Positions 49,462-56,792 of a stretch of DNA of 56,792 nt are shown here, one piece after another. The translations under genes and the position numbers were made by a program. The notes under the pieces are model-generated. The model had not been told where the DNA came from, ran no database searches, and saw nothing but the letters and a program-made list of their open reading frames with translations. Origin of the DNA: a virus (lineage: Duplodnaviria; Caudoviricetes). Position 1 is the first letter of the stretch, and every line of letters starts with the position of its first letter. The stretch lies in IMG/VR virus record IMGVR_UViG_3300030107_005298, positions 1-56,792 of that record; one strand, written 5' to 3'.

Positions 49462-50150
49462 TAATCTTCACCACTCCATTCAGGTTGGTCGAGAAACATA
49501 GCTGTGTGTTGGATAGAATCCAATTCATCTTCGTGTCTATTTACCATAAACACTCTGTATCTTAGACGTGAGTCCTGTTCTCTATCATCCTCGTGAGAGT
49601 TAAACTTTTCTATCTTGCCATCATTCCATATGAACGAAGTATACGAACGTACAACGTGGTCACTATTACCATCTAACCTATGTGCATTGTTCCAATAATC
49701 AGGGAACTCAGCCCCTCTACGCTGTAAGTCATACCACATATTATATACTGCCATATTACTTGGTTCTCTTCTCGCACGTGCACTAGTGACCGCATTCCAC
49801 AGGTTCGATGCCCCAAATCCACCTAAGTGATAGAAGAACTTTGTGTCTGTAAGTTTAACCGGTATACGTTCACCACGTGGACTACATCGTCTTGGGTATG
49901 ATTTACTATGTAGTAAAGCGTAGCCCTTGCCCTTGTTACTCCAACGTTCGACTGCTTTAATCATCTTGTGAGGCATTATAGGTAGCTGTGAGCGTTGCCA
50001 TTGAGGAAAGTGCAACATATACGGCTGTCTATCCTCGAACGCAAATAAACCTGTCAGGTCACGCCCACCGTGTGGATAGAAGAATGCGTTTGCATCATCT
50101 AAGTTTTCTGTCCAACTCTTGTCGGCATCTAGTAACATTGTCCTCGTCAT
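49461..50150 (-). CDS. Hypothetical protein coupled to the amidotransferase
   Basis: ATGA overlap with 50147-51397. Confidence 0.65.
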   Translation of the reverse strand: MTRTMLLDADKSWTENLDDANAFFYPHGGRDLTGLFAFEDRQPYMLHFPQWQRSQLPIMPHKMIKAVERWSNKGKGYALLHSKSYPRRCSPRGERIPVKLTDTKFFYHLGGFGASNLWNAVTSARARREPSNMAVYNMWYDLQRRGAEFPDYWNNAHRLDGNSDHVVRSYTSFIWNDGKIEKFNSHEDDREQDSRLRYRVFMVNRHEDELDSIQHTAMFLDQPEWSGED

Positions 50151-51397
50151 TGATGGTCCTCTACGTACTTAACGATTTCTTGGTATTTAACTGTATAGTT
50201 GGAAACGTCACCTTTTCCTATATCATCCGTAGTAACCCACGCATCTGCATTTAGATAGCCTTCCAAGTATGTACCATACGCAATAGGAACATCACGTAGA
50301 ACCACCTGTTGGTGTCTATCCGAGTATGAAGATACGCAATCTAATATCTCGTGTGAAAATTGTCCATTGAATATAATATCCTCATCGTATACGCAGAAGT
50401 TTTCTATGTCCTCAAGCACTCCCGAAAATATATCATCTACGTCAGTGCTAAACTCAGACGTTAATGAAGTCATAGCTTCTTTGGAAGCTACACGTTCTCT
50501 ACGTTTAGTTTCGTTCTTCGATATCGAACAGCTATCGCTCACATCATCGAGTGAATCCCAATCATAGTAGTTGTAGCCATTTGCGTAGCCACCATAGTAT
50601 GTGACTCCTCCTCCTTTATATACGTAGGCTTTAGGTGTGAAGTCCTCTACATTTACAATGTCCATACCATTGTCCCCTTTATATACTACGTTGTATATAA
50701 CACCACCTTCGGGTGATGCTATGTGCCTTGCTTTAAATAGGTCTGCCCCGAATAGTCCGTCGCTTTTTATATACCCCATATCCTCTAAGCTGGACTTAGA
50801 CGTGCTACCGTATATACTTATGTTGTCCTGTGCATCTAAAGTTTTCATCATATAGAAACTTGTGCTGTTGTTCTTCAAGTAATACAGGTTCTCTGAGCTG
50901 TGCATATATATGAATATCGAGTATGACCCCGTCAATTCCTCTACGCTTTGCTTGATTGCGTCAAGCTCCTCACTGCCCTCACGTATGTAGTGGTCTACTA
51001 ACGCAGGAACAATCGCACTATCTGTAACAGCTTTGTAGTCAAAGCCATACTTAGCTTTCAATTCACCATCGTTATTGATGATACCGTTATGCACAATCGT
51101 GCAGGTATCATTCGAGAACGGGTGGTTGTTCTCATTGTCCTTCTCACTACCCTGCGTAGCAAGTCTATTGTGACCCACTAACCAATTACTTGGTAGTGCG
51201 GACAATACGTGCTTGATGCTCAAGTCCTTCTTGTCCTTGAGGTCATCGTATGCTTTGCCTACCTTCCATTGGTAGGAACTGCTGAATATACCGGTTGCGT
51301 CTGCGTTCGACCTAGAACCCTTCTGCAACATTTCAATGAAGTTATTTACGTTGTCATTGGCCAACGAATCGCTCATCACGAATTGTATCTCACACAT
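50147..51397 (-). CDS. Class II (Ntn) glutamine amidotransferase
   Basis: N-terminal MC, GHNRLATQG, NNHPF, HNGII, TDS. Confidence 0.9.
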   Translation of the reverse strand: MCEIQFVMSDSLANDNVNNFIEMLQKGSRSNADATGIFSSSYQWKVGKAYDDLKDKKDLSIKHVLSALPSNWLVGHNRLATQGSEKDNENNHPFSNDTCTIVHNGIINNDGELKAKYGFDYKAVTDSAIVPALVDHYIREGSEELDAIKQSVEELTGSYSIFIYMHSSENLYYLKNNSTSFYMMKTLDAQDNISIYGSTSKSSLEDMGYIKSDGLFGADLFKARHIASPEGGVIYNVVYKGDNGMDIVNVEDFTPKAYVYKGGGVTYYGGYANGYNYYDWDSLDDVSDSCSISKNETKRRERVASKEAMTSLTSEFSTDVDDIFSGVLEDIENFCVYDEDIIFNGQFSHEILDCVSSYSDRHQQVVLRDVPIAYGTYLEGYLNADAWVTTDDIGKGDVSNYTVKYQEIVKYVEDHQ

Positions 51398-52742
51398 TAT
51401 TTATCACCTCCTTTCGTGTTATATGTGTATCGTAGTTTGTAACTAACCAATCTCTCACCTGTGGTGAGAACTGTCCTGCAAAGTCCTTTATAGTAATCAG
51501 TCCGTGTGCGTCATCTCTGAACCTCAACGAACGTGGTCTGTAAGCGGACTTGCGTATGAACTCATTCCAAAACTGTATGAACAGTTTGTAATCCGAAGCA
51601 ACCTGCTTGTATGCATTCCTGCTCCAATACGTATCGTCTACGTAATTGCGTCTGTATGTTAACGGCCTATACAATCGGATTTCTATACGTTTGTTGTCAG
51701 GCAGTCCCATAGGACTCCAATTAATCCACGCATATCTACCCATCTCAGAGCCACGTGTAGCACGTGACCTGTGTCTATCGTAGGTGTAATCACGTTTCTT
51801 ATCCATCGCCCATTGACCTGCCCAAGCCACGTATGAATCTGTCCAACCACAAGCGTAAGACCTCTGCATTTCTGTGAAGTAATTGAACTCGTCAGACATA
51901 CGTATTAGGTTATCGAATCTTTGCATAGCCTTCCATACGTTTTTCTGTCGGTTCAGGCTCACGCCTTCCATCTCGTAGTGGAAGTGCCATCCTACGTTGT
52001 TGGTCATATTCCAACCATTGTTACCGAACAAGTTACACATCTCATCTATCGTGTCACCTAATAGGTCACCACGCATTGGATGTGTCACATACTCCGTGCC
52101 GTAGTTAAGAGAACCATCCTCTTTAGCCTCCGCAATACGATTGTATAATGCCGATGGCATTAACTCACGCATAGGTTCACCTTCTTCTGCCTCGAACTCT
52201 ACACCTACGTAGGTTCTGACAGGATACTTCCTGAACGTGTTTGTTTCAATCTTGGCGAATCTATTGTGCCAACGGTCAGCTCTGTGCTGATGTGAACACG
52301 CACAATCGTCACATACATATGCGTCTATGCTGTCAATCCACTCTGCATCATCTGTGTGGCCTACCCAACTACAATCGTGACAATGTGCCAACTCATCCGA
52401 GTAATACTCGTGGTTGACGCAGTCACCGTTGGATAACTCAGCCAAATTGTCATTGAATGCGTAGTCACCGCTCCAATCACAGGTGAAACAATGGTCATCC
52501 AGCGTATGTTGACCTACACGGTAGCCATCTACTGTTGCCACTAACTCCCTGACAATGTCACCACTCCACTCACACGTGGGTAGTTCCGTCAAACAGCAAT
52601 CACATATATCTACGTCATCGCCCTCGATGGACTCCACGTTAGTAGCTGGTTCATTTCTACATACATCACAAATGATGTCATCGTTTTCTGATTCCATATT
52701 TTTTATCTCCAAAGGTTTGTTAGGTTCATTCAAACTCTTCAC
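51390..52742 (-). CDS. Amidoligase (COOH-NH2 ligase, glutamine-synthetase fold) with N-terminal Cys-rich repeats
   Basis: GVEFE, EDGSL, EYVT, GWHFH, RY.WIN, IEIRL motifs; CxxC/CxWSG repeats. Confidence 0.85.
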   Translation of the reverse strand: MKSLNEPNKPLEIKNMESENDDIICDVCRNEPATNVESIEGDDVDICDCCLTELPTCEWSGDIVRELVATVDGYRVGQHTLDDHCFTCDWSGDYAFNDNLAELSNGDCVNHEYYSDELAHCHDCSWVGHTDDAEWIDSIDAYVCDDCACSHQHRADRWHNRFAKIETNTFRKYPVRTYVGVEFEAEEGEPMRELMPSALYNRIAEAKEDGSLNYGTEYVTHPMRGDLLGDTIDEMCNLFGNNGWNMTNNVGWHFHYEMEGVSLNRQKNVWKAMQRFDNLIRMSDEFNYFTEMQRSYACGWTDSYVAWAGQWAMDKKRDYTYDRHRSRATRGSEMGRYAWINWSPMGLPDNKRIEIRLYRPLTYRRNYVDDTYWSRNAYKQVASDYKLFIQFWNEFIRKSAYRPRSLRFRDDAHGLITIKDFAGQFSPQVRDWLVTNYDTHITRKEVINNV

Positions 52743-53206
52743 TTTGTGAAGAGGTTTGAATTAACCGTAAAGCCATTCTCAACAGGCCACCAATAAGGGT
52801 AGCTCTCTATCTCCTGCGTAGACAGAATGGCATCGTCTACAAAGAGTCGTGCGTAGAAATCGTAATCCTTACGCAGTAGGTTCACACGGTGTGACTTGTG
52901 TAACTCAGGTTGGTGTAACCACTTAGGTATACTTAGCTGAGAGTAATTCACATCGTAGAACTCCATCGTGTTTTTGTATCCACGTGACTTCCATTCGTCA
53001 ATCATCACGTTTACATACACACGTAGTGCTTGTTCGTAACCTTTCCACATCTGCGTAGCAGGGTGATTGACCCACCCCTTGTGTTTGTAGTCAGGTGAGA
53101 GTGCGTTGAGTATTTGCATACCCTCCACTCTTTGCTTACCGAGTCGTCGATAGTCTAACGCTTGTGCAGACCTTACAAAGTCTGCGTATGGTAGGAATGT
53201 TTGCAT
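52739..53206 (-). CDS. Pyrimidine-dimer DNA glycosylase-like protein (EndoV/MSMEG_6728-type)
   Basis: MQTFLPY.DF..SA..LD..RLGKQRVE, HPA..MW.GY, SHR.NLLRKD. Confidence 0.85.
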   Translation of the reverse strand: MQTFLPYADFVRSAQALDYRRLGKQRVEGMQILNALSPDYKHKGWVNHPATQMWKGYEQALRVYVNVMIDEWKSRGYKNTMEFYDVNYSQLSIPKWLHQPELHKSHRVNLLRKDYDFYARLFVDDAILSTQEIESYPYWWPVENGFTVNSNLFTK

Positions 53207-53208
53207 AT

Positions 53209-53418
53209 TTATTTACCTCGTTTTTTTCGTATTATACGCACGGGTTTACCGTGTGGGTTTATCCGCACGTTCTTGATTACCTCGTTCCAATCGATGAAGG
53301 GTTCCCCCTTCTCGCTCGACTTGGGTAGTTCGTAATTCTCGTATGGCGTACGTACGCTTGACCTACGTCTGCTCATTCGTGACTCCATAGTGTTGCCCCA
53401 CTCCCACACTTTACGCAC
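53209..53418 (-). CDS. Hypothetical basic protein
   Basis: ORF in early operon; start uncertain. Confidence 0.45.
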   Translation of the reverse strand: MRKVWEWGNTMESRMSRRRSSVRTPYENYELPKSSEKGEPFIDWNEVIKNVRINPHGKPVRIIRKKRGK

Positions 53419-53497
53419 ACTTCACGTGTCCAGCTAAATGATACGTGCCTACAGGATACGCATTCTTCATACGTATACTTATACTCGTCATCGAAAT

Positions 53498-53728
53498 TCA
53501 TTCTTCCTCATCCTCCAGACGTTCGTATATTCTTTCGTATACGTAGGAATGCACAAGCTCTCCTTTGGGGTTAACCTTCTTGGCCCCACGTATAACCTGT
53601 GCAATTAGTCCGTTCGCCAATGTTCCTTCATACGTGCCATCGTCAGTCAGGCACATAGGAAGTAGCTTCACCTCATCTTCGTGCAAACGCACGGTGACTT
53701 CAATCCAGCTCATAGGTTCCTCACCCAA
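53498..53728 (-). CDS. Hypothetical protein (probable start MSWIEV)
   Basis: ORF with GAGG SD. Confidence 0.55.
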   Translation of the reverse strand: MGEEPMSWIEVTVRLHEDEVKLLPMCLTDDGTYEGTLANGLIAQVIRGAKKVNPKGELVHSYVYERIYERLEDEEE

Positions 53729-53907
53729 TTTGCGTAAGGTTCGCAGAACGCACGTAGTGATTGCTCATCCTTCCAATCCTGATGCTCATCATACGCACGA
53801 CCTACGAGGCTGTCCTCGTGTATAAGGTCACGTTCTTCCTGCGTTAAGTCTACGTCACCGTAGAAGTCGTCGTCTATGCTCATATCTGTGTGTGTGTTTG
53901 TGTTCAT
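53710..53907 (-). CDS. Hypothetical acidic protein (start MNTNTH)
   Basis: GGAGTG SD. Confidence 0.5.
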   Translation of the reverse strand: MNTNTHTDMSIDDDFYGDVDLTQEERDLIHEDSLVGRAYDEHQDWKDEQSLRAFCEPYANWVRNL

Positions 53908-53912
53908 TTTGT

Positions 53913-54377
53913 TCACTCCTTTGTGTCCCATCCTGCATACTCGAAGGCACGTAGGATACCTGCCTTATCATCCTTCGCAGTCGCTATCGTGAAATCACGT
54001 AGTGATGCGTTCGTGAGGTTAAGTGGGTTCGATGTCCTGTCACTTACGTAGGCTTTGCGATAGTTACCCATCGCATCCGCATACTTACCTGCCATACGTT
54101 GGTGTTGAACGTGGAATGGGGACTCACGTGCATACGTAGACAGCTCCGAGTTTGCTACTGCTGGTTCTTCGTGGTTATACGCATTACGATACGAACACCA
54201 CGCATTACGCCACGCTAACACATCATCCGTAGACAATGCGTATTGCTCTGCTATTGCCCAACTGAATGGGCGGACAGGGTGAGGTGACCCTGCCGTAGCC
54301 CGTGCACACTCAGGGAGAGTGTCACCGACTGTCTGACACGGGGATGTATTATCCCTCAACGCTTCGTTTGGAAACAT
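53913..54377 (-). CDS. Early hypothetical protein
   Basis: Directly downstream of promoter 54397-54416. Confidence 0.65.
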   Translation of the reverse strand: MFPNEALRDNTSPCQTVGDTLPECARATAGSPHPVRPFSWAIAEQYALSTDDVLAWRNAWCSYRNAYNHEEPAVANSELSTYARESPFHVQHQRMAGKYADAMGNYRKAYVSDRTSNPLNLTNASLRDFTIATAKDDKAGILRAFEYAGWDTKE

Positions 54378-54396
54378 TAACCTCTCAGAATCAGGG

Positions 54397-54416
54397 TTCT
54401 TTATAAACCTTTGCTT
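54397..54416 (-). promoter_or_regulatory. Archaeal early promoter (BRE + TATA)
   Basis: AAGCAAAGGTTTATAAAGAA, 19/20 identical to 55601-55620, same 19-nt spacing to the start codon. Confidence 0.75.
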
Positions 54417-54429
54417 CCCTCGATGTCAA

Positions 54430-54850
54430 GGCCACAGGTGTGTGTCGCATAGCACACGCCACGCCCCCCGCATAACACCCGTATCACCCGCATCATACAC
54501 GCACGGCACACGCCTATAGCACATAGCATCTGTGTTTATTAGAGGACATACTTCTACGTATATATATATACATATATGTTCTATGTTTACAAACGTATGT
54601 GTATCCCCCCTCTCTCTCCTACGTACGTATATGTTCACATACGTATATGTTCGTATATGTATATACATACATACGTATACGTATACGCAACTGCAATAGC
54701 ACTTATTGTTCATACGAACGCACGAACGTAGAAGAACATCTGACCCCCCTCACTAACGTACGTGTACGTACGTATGCGGGATAGCACAGGTTCACAGACG
54801 TGCGTAGATTAGAAAGCCCACGCGCGTATACGCGGGTCCTACGTACGTAG
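54430..54850. repeat. Non-coding alternating purine-pyrimidine, TACGTA/TATA palindrome-rich tract
   Basis: For example tacgtatatatatatacatatatg, catacgtatacgtatacgc, cctacgtacgtagg. Confidence 0.75.
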
Positions 54851-54869
54851 GTATGGATAAAATAAAGTA
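54851..54869 (-). terminator. 19-nt repeated U-rich terminator-like motif, copy 1
   Basis: TACTTTATTTTATCCATAC on -, identical at 55798-55816, preceded by a hairpin (54874-54899). Confidence 0.55.
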
Positions 54870-54904
54870 GTCTAGTTCGCCCTACGTATGTAGGTGAACG
54901 TAGT

Positions 54905-54931
54905 GAGCAGTTTTCCTACGTGCTCAGGTAG
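54905..54931 (-). ncRNA. Putative H-type pseudoknot 3' of early gene (CUAC-CUGAGCAC-GUAG-GAAAAC-UGCUC)
   Basis: Compensatory P1 (CUAC/GUAG versus GUC/GAC) with conserved CUGAGCA and AAAACUGCUC. Confidence 0.6.
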
Positions 54932-54945
54932 TCAGGTGTGTGCGT

Positions 54946-55581
54946 CTAACCCTGTGGGTCGAACACCAAGTAGTCAACCTTCATACGTTGACCTTTGGTC
55001 GCTTTGTCTACGCTCTTGTAGAAGGGCGAAGTTTGTTTGAACGCCTGTGCGTCTTTCTTGCGTAGGGCCCCGATGATGTATCGTGTGCCTACCTTGTCGT
55101 CTTTGACGACAACCCCGAAGGCTTTGCCCTCGTATGTGCCTACCTGCTCAAGGAACAGCTTAGTCGTAAACCCTGTCCCCGTGTCTTTTCGCATACGTAG
55201 GTAGTCCCTGCATATGCTCAGTGCATCAGGTTCGTCTACGACGACACCCTGAACCACAGGCATTACGTTCGTGGACATACCGAGTATCTCGTGAACGCCT
55301 GAGAGATTCCCAAGCTTACGTGCGAAGTTCTTCACGTTACCCGAGATGAACTCACCGTTCCCACGTGTGGACATCTTCGTGATGCTCACGCTACGTCTGA
55401 CCCCGTCGAAGAACCGGTCAAGCTGTTTGCGTTGCTTCTCGCCCGAACACCCAGCACGTTCGTAAACGTCTGCGTAGGTGTCTTGTGTAGCCGACTTGCG
55501 ACTGACTAGCTCGGCTTGTAGCTGGGCATCCGTATACCCAGCTAAGCCCTGTGTGTCTGTGTTCGTTGTCACATTTTTCAC
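54946..55581 (-). CDS. Early hypothetical protein
   Basis: 211-aa ORF between promoter 55601-55620 and the pseudoknot. Confidence 0.7.
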   Translation of the reverse strand: MKNVTTNTDTQGLAGYTDAQLQAELVSRKSATQDTYADVYERAGCSGEKQRKQLDRFFDGVRRSVSITKMSTRGNGEFISGNVKNFARKLGNLSGVHEILGMSTNVMPVVQGVVVDEPDALSICRDYLRMRKDTGTGFTTKLFLEQVGTYEGKAFGVVVKDDKVGTRYIIGALRKKDAQAFKQTSPFYKSVDKATKGQRMKVDYLVFDPQG

Positions 55582-55600
55582 CGTTCCTCAGTAGGGGGCT

Positions 55601-55620
55601 TTCTTTATAAAGCTTTGCTT
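55601..55620 (-). promoter_or_regulatory. Archaeal early promoter (BRE + TATA)
   Basis: AAGCAAAGCTTTATAAAGAA. Confidence 0.75.
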
Positions 55621-55797
55621 ATCGACGATAACATCGACGACAACGACACGCGTATATCGTGAGGCGTGAGCGATTGCAGATGGTTCCGATGGCTGGGTTT
55701 CCATAGGCGAACGAGCGGGATTACTGCCTACGCAAGGTTTTTATTCCAGAAGGCCCCAGGCGGGCGCGCGCGGGCGCGGGAGCGGGATAGATAGTCA

Positions 55798-55844
55798 GTA
55801 TGGATAAAATAAAGTAAGTAGAGCCTGTGGGGGCCGAAGCCCCC
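55798..55844 (-). terminator. GGGGGC-UUCG-GCCCCC hairpin plus 19-nt U-rich motif, copy 2
   Basis: cUUCGg tetraloop hairpin (55829-55844) followed by TACTTTATTTTATCCATAC. Confidence 0.65.
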
Positions 55845-55862
55845 GACTCCCACACATTCTGT

Positions 55863-56054
55863 CTAAGACAATAGCTGGTCTAAGGTTTCACCCCAGATTA
55901 GCATATATTTTTTGTATTTCTCCAAACATCTTTTACAGTTTATGCGTTTTATGTCCCTGTCTTTTGCACAAATATACTCCTGTCGAGTCATTTCGTGTCC
56001 ACAGAAAGACATCTTCTTATCACTGAGTATGTCAGTCATATGTTTTCTTCTCAT
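55863..56054 (-). CDS. Small zinc-finger protein
   Basis: H...FCG...CKRC; GGAGG SD. Confidence 0.6.
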   Translation of the reverse strand: MRRKHMTDILSDKKMSFCGHEMTRQEYICAKDRDIKRINCKRCLEKYKKYMLIWGETLDQLLS

Positions 56055-56206
56055 AGTTCTTCCTCCTCTATGGTTTTTCCCGATTCTAATTTAGGTGAAT
56101 AAGTTTTCATAAACTCTCGGTATTCTCCACCTACATTCTTCCGTTCGTTATATTCACGAACTAAATCCAAGCCTTTATCTGTTATTTCCCACAGTTTTTT
56201 AGCCAT
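56051..56206 (-). CDS. 51-aa hypothetical protein (MAKKLWEITDKG...)
   Basis: Translated by hand; ATGA overlap with the downstream gene. Confidence 0.55.
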   Translation of the reverse strand: MAKKLWEITDKGLDLVREYNERKNVGGEYREFMKTYSPKLESGKTIEEEEL

Positions 56207-56305
56207 TTTCTATCCCGAGTATGCCGGAGCATAACTCTATAGGAAGACGAAAGTCGGATGCTCCCTCTACTGACCGGCCTTGACCAGCATCAGCTTCATA
56301 GGGAG

Positions 56306-56331
56306 GAGCAGTTTTATGTCTTGCTCAGGAC
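56306..56331 (-). ncRNA. Putative pseudoknot (same as 29-54)
   Basis: Identical to the left-end copy. Confidence 0.6.
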
Positions 56332-56345
56332 GATTGACATACTGC

Positions 56346-56696
56346 CTATGCCTTCAATTTACTGAAGACAGGCTTCTTCGGATGTTTCCCAGCTTTCCAT
56401 TCAGCTAGGACAGTGTCTTTGTGGGCTGTAAGGCCCCACTTTTCACCGTTATCCTTCACACCACCATACCGCCATTGCTTAGTCTTGCATTTTTCACGAG
56501 AACAACTGCAAGAATAAAGTTCCTGACTTTTCTTGGTGCGAGGCTTCGAAGAACGCTTACCCTTTTTCTTACTGTCATTGCTTAAAGCTCTAGTAAGATT
56601 ACCCTCTGAACGCTCTAAAAGAGCTTCCAGATGAGCCACAACTGTTTTGAGCTGACGCTCAATTTTGTTGAGTTTGGTTTCGACTTTTGTTGCCAT
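56346..56696 (-). CDS. Basic early protein (copy 2), homologue of 69-413
   Basis: MATKVET... N-terminus nearly identical; ELYSCSC and KWGLTAHKD conserved. Confidence 0.85.
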   Translation of the reverse strand: MATKVETKLNKIERQLKTVVAHLEALLERSEGNLTRALSNDSKKKGKRSSKPRTKKSQELYSCSCSREKCKTKQWRYGGVKDNGEKWGLTAHKDTVLAEWKAGKHPKKPVFSKLKA

Positions 56697-56792
56697 ATTT
56701 GTATACCTCCTTTCGTTGGTTTTTTGTGACTAAACCGTGACTAGTCACACGTTGGGTAGGCTTCTCCATACCACTTTCTCAGCTCCAGCTTC

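Larger units (their letters stand above)
56278..56792. repeat. Right copy of the imperfect terminal direct repeat
   Basis: Aligns by eye to 1-507 with substitutions and small indels. Confidence 0.95.

Noticed and set aside
827-53931. Numerous antisense ORFs in the ORF track (e.g. 7555-7989, 24599-25048, 29851-30342, 45283-45939)
   Set aside because: Shadow frames fully overlapping well-supported genes on the opposite strand
54426-54784. ORFs 54426-54713 and 54599-54784
   Set aside because: Y/V/C/I/R/T-rich translations are by-products of the alternating purine-pyrimidine tract
54915-54948. Stop-codon readthrough (UAG plus downstream pseudoknot, as in gammaretroviruses)
   Set aside because: Readthrough would add only 9 aa here and 6 aa at 56346 before another stop, and the spacer is 14 nt rather than about 8
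56207-56331. Hammerhead or twister ribozyme
   Set aside because: No CUGAnGA...GAAA core on either strand, and the twister conserved elements could not be placed
1-56792. Alternative genetic code, inteins, introns, tRNA genes
   Set aside because: Core genes are full length in the standard code with all three stops used; PolB, RNR and TerL have normal sizes; no cloverleaf with a T-loop motif was recognised in intergenic gaps

Overview
A near-complete (about 56.8 kb) genome of a tailed dsDNA virus (Caudoviricetes, HK97-type head, siphovirus-like tail). It most likely infects an archaeon: it has TATA/BRE-type promoters, an archaeal-type PolB, an AEP primase with a PriL-like C-terminus, an Hjc-like resolvase and many CxxC zinc micro-proteins. 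The gene set suggests a marine 'magrovirus'-like virus of Poseidoniales/Marine Group II, but that host assignment is inference. The + strand (827-35395) carries packaging, head, adhesin and tail genes. The - strand (56696 down to 35304, plus 413-69) carries early and replication genes, including class II RNR, Hsp20, a Cas4-like nuclease, an AAA+ helicase, a phytoene/squalene-synthase-like gene, an amidoligase + class II glutamine amidotransferase pair and a pyrimidine-dimer glycosylase-like gene. The two ends are a diverged direct repeat of about 510 bp. Highlights: (1) early genes are built as repeated cassettes with a shared promoter, a covarying RNA pseudoknot 14 nt after a UAG stop, and a shared 19-nt terminator-like motif; (2) a CrtB-like isoprenoid gene; (3) a clear -1 frameshift signal in the tail chaperone; (4) apparent genome-wide avoidance of GATC and CATG; (5) an array of tiny Lys/Arg-rich genes between portal and scaffold. 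All calls come from reading motifs by eye; no database searches were run.
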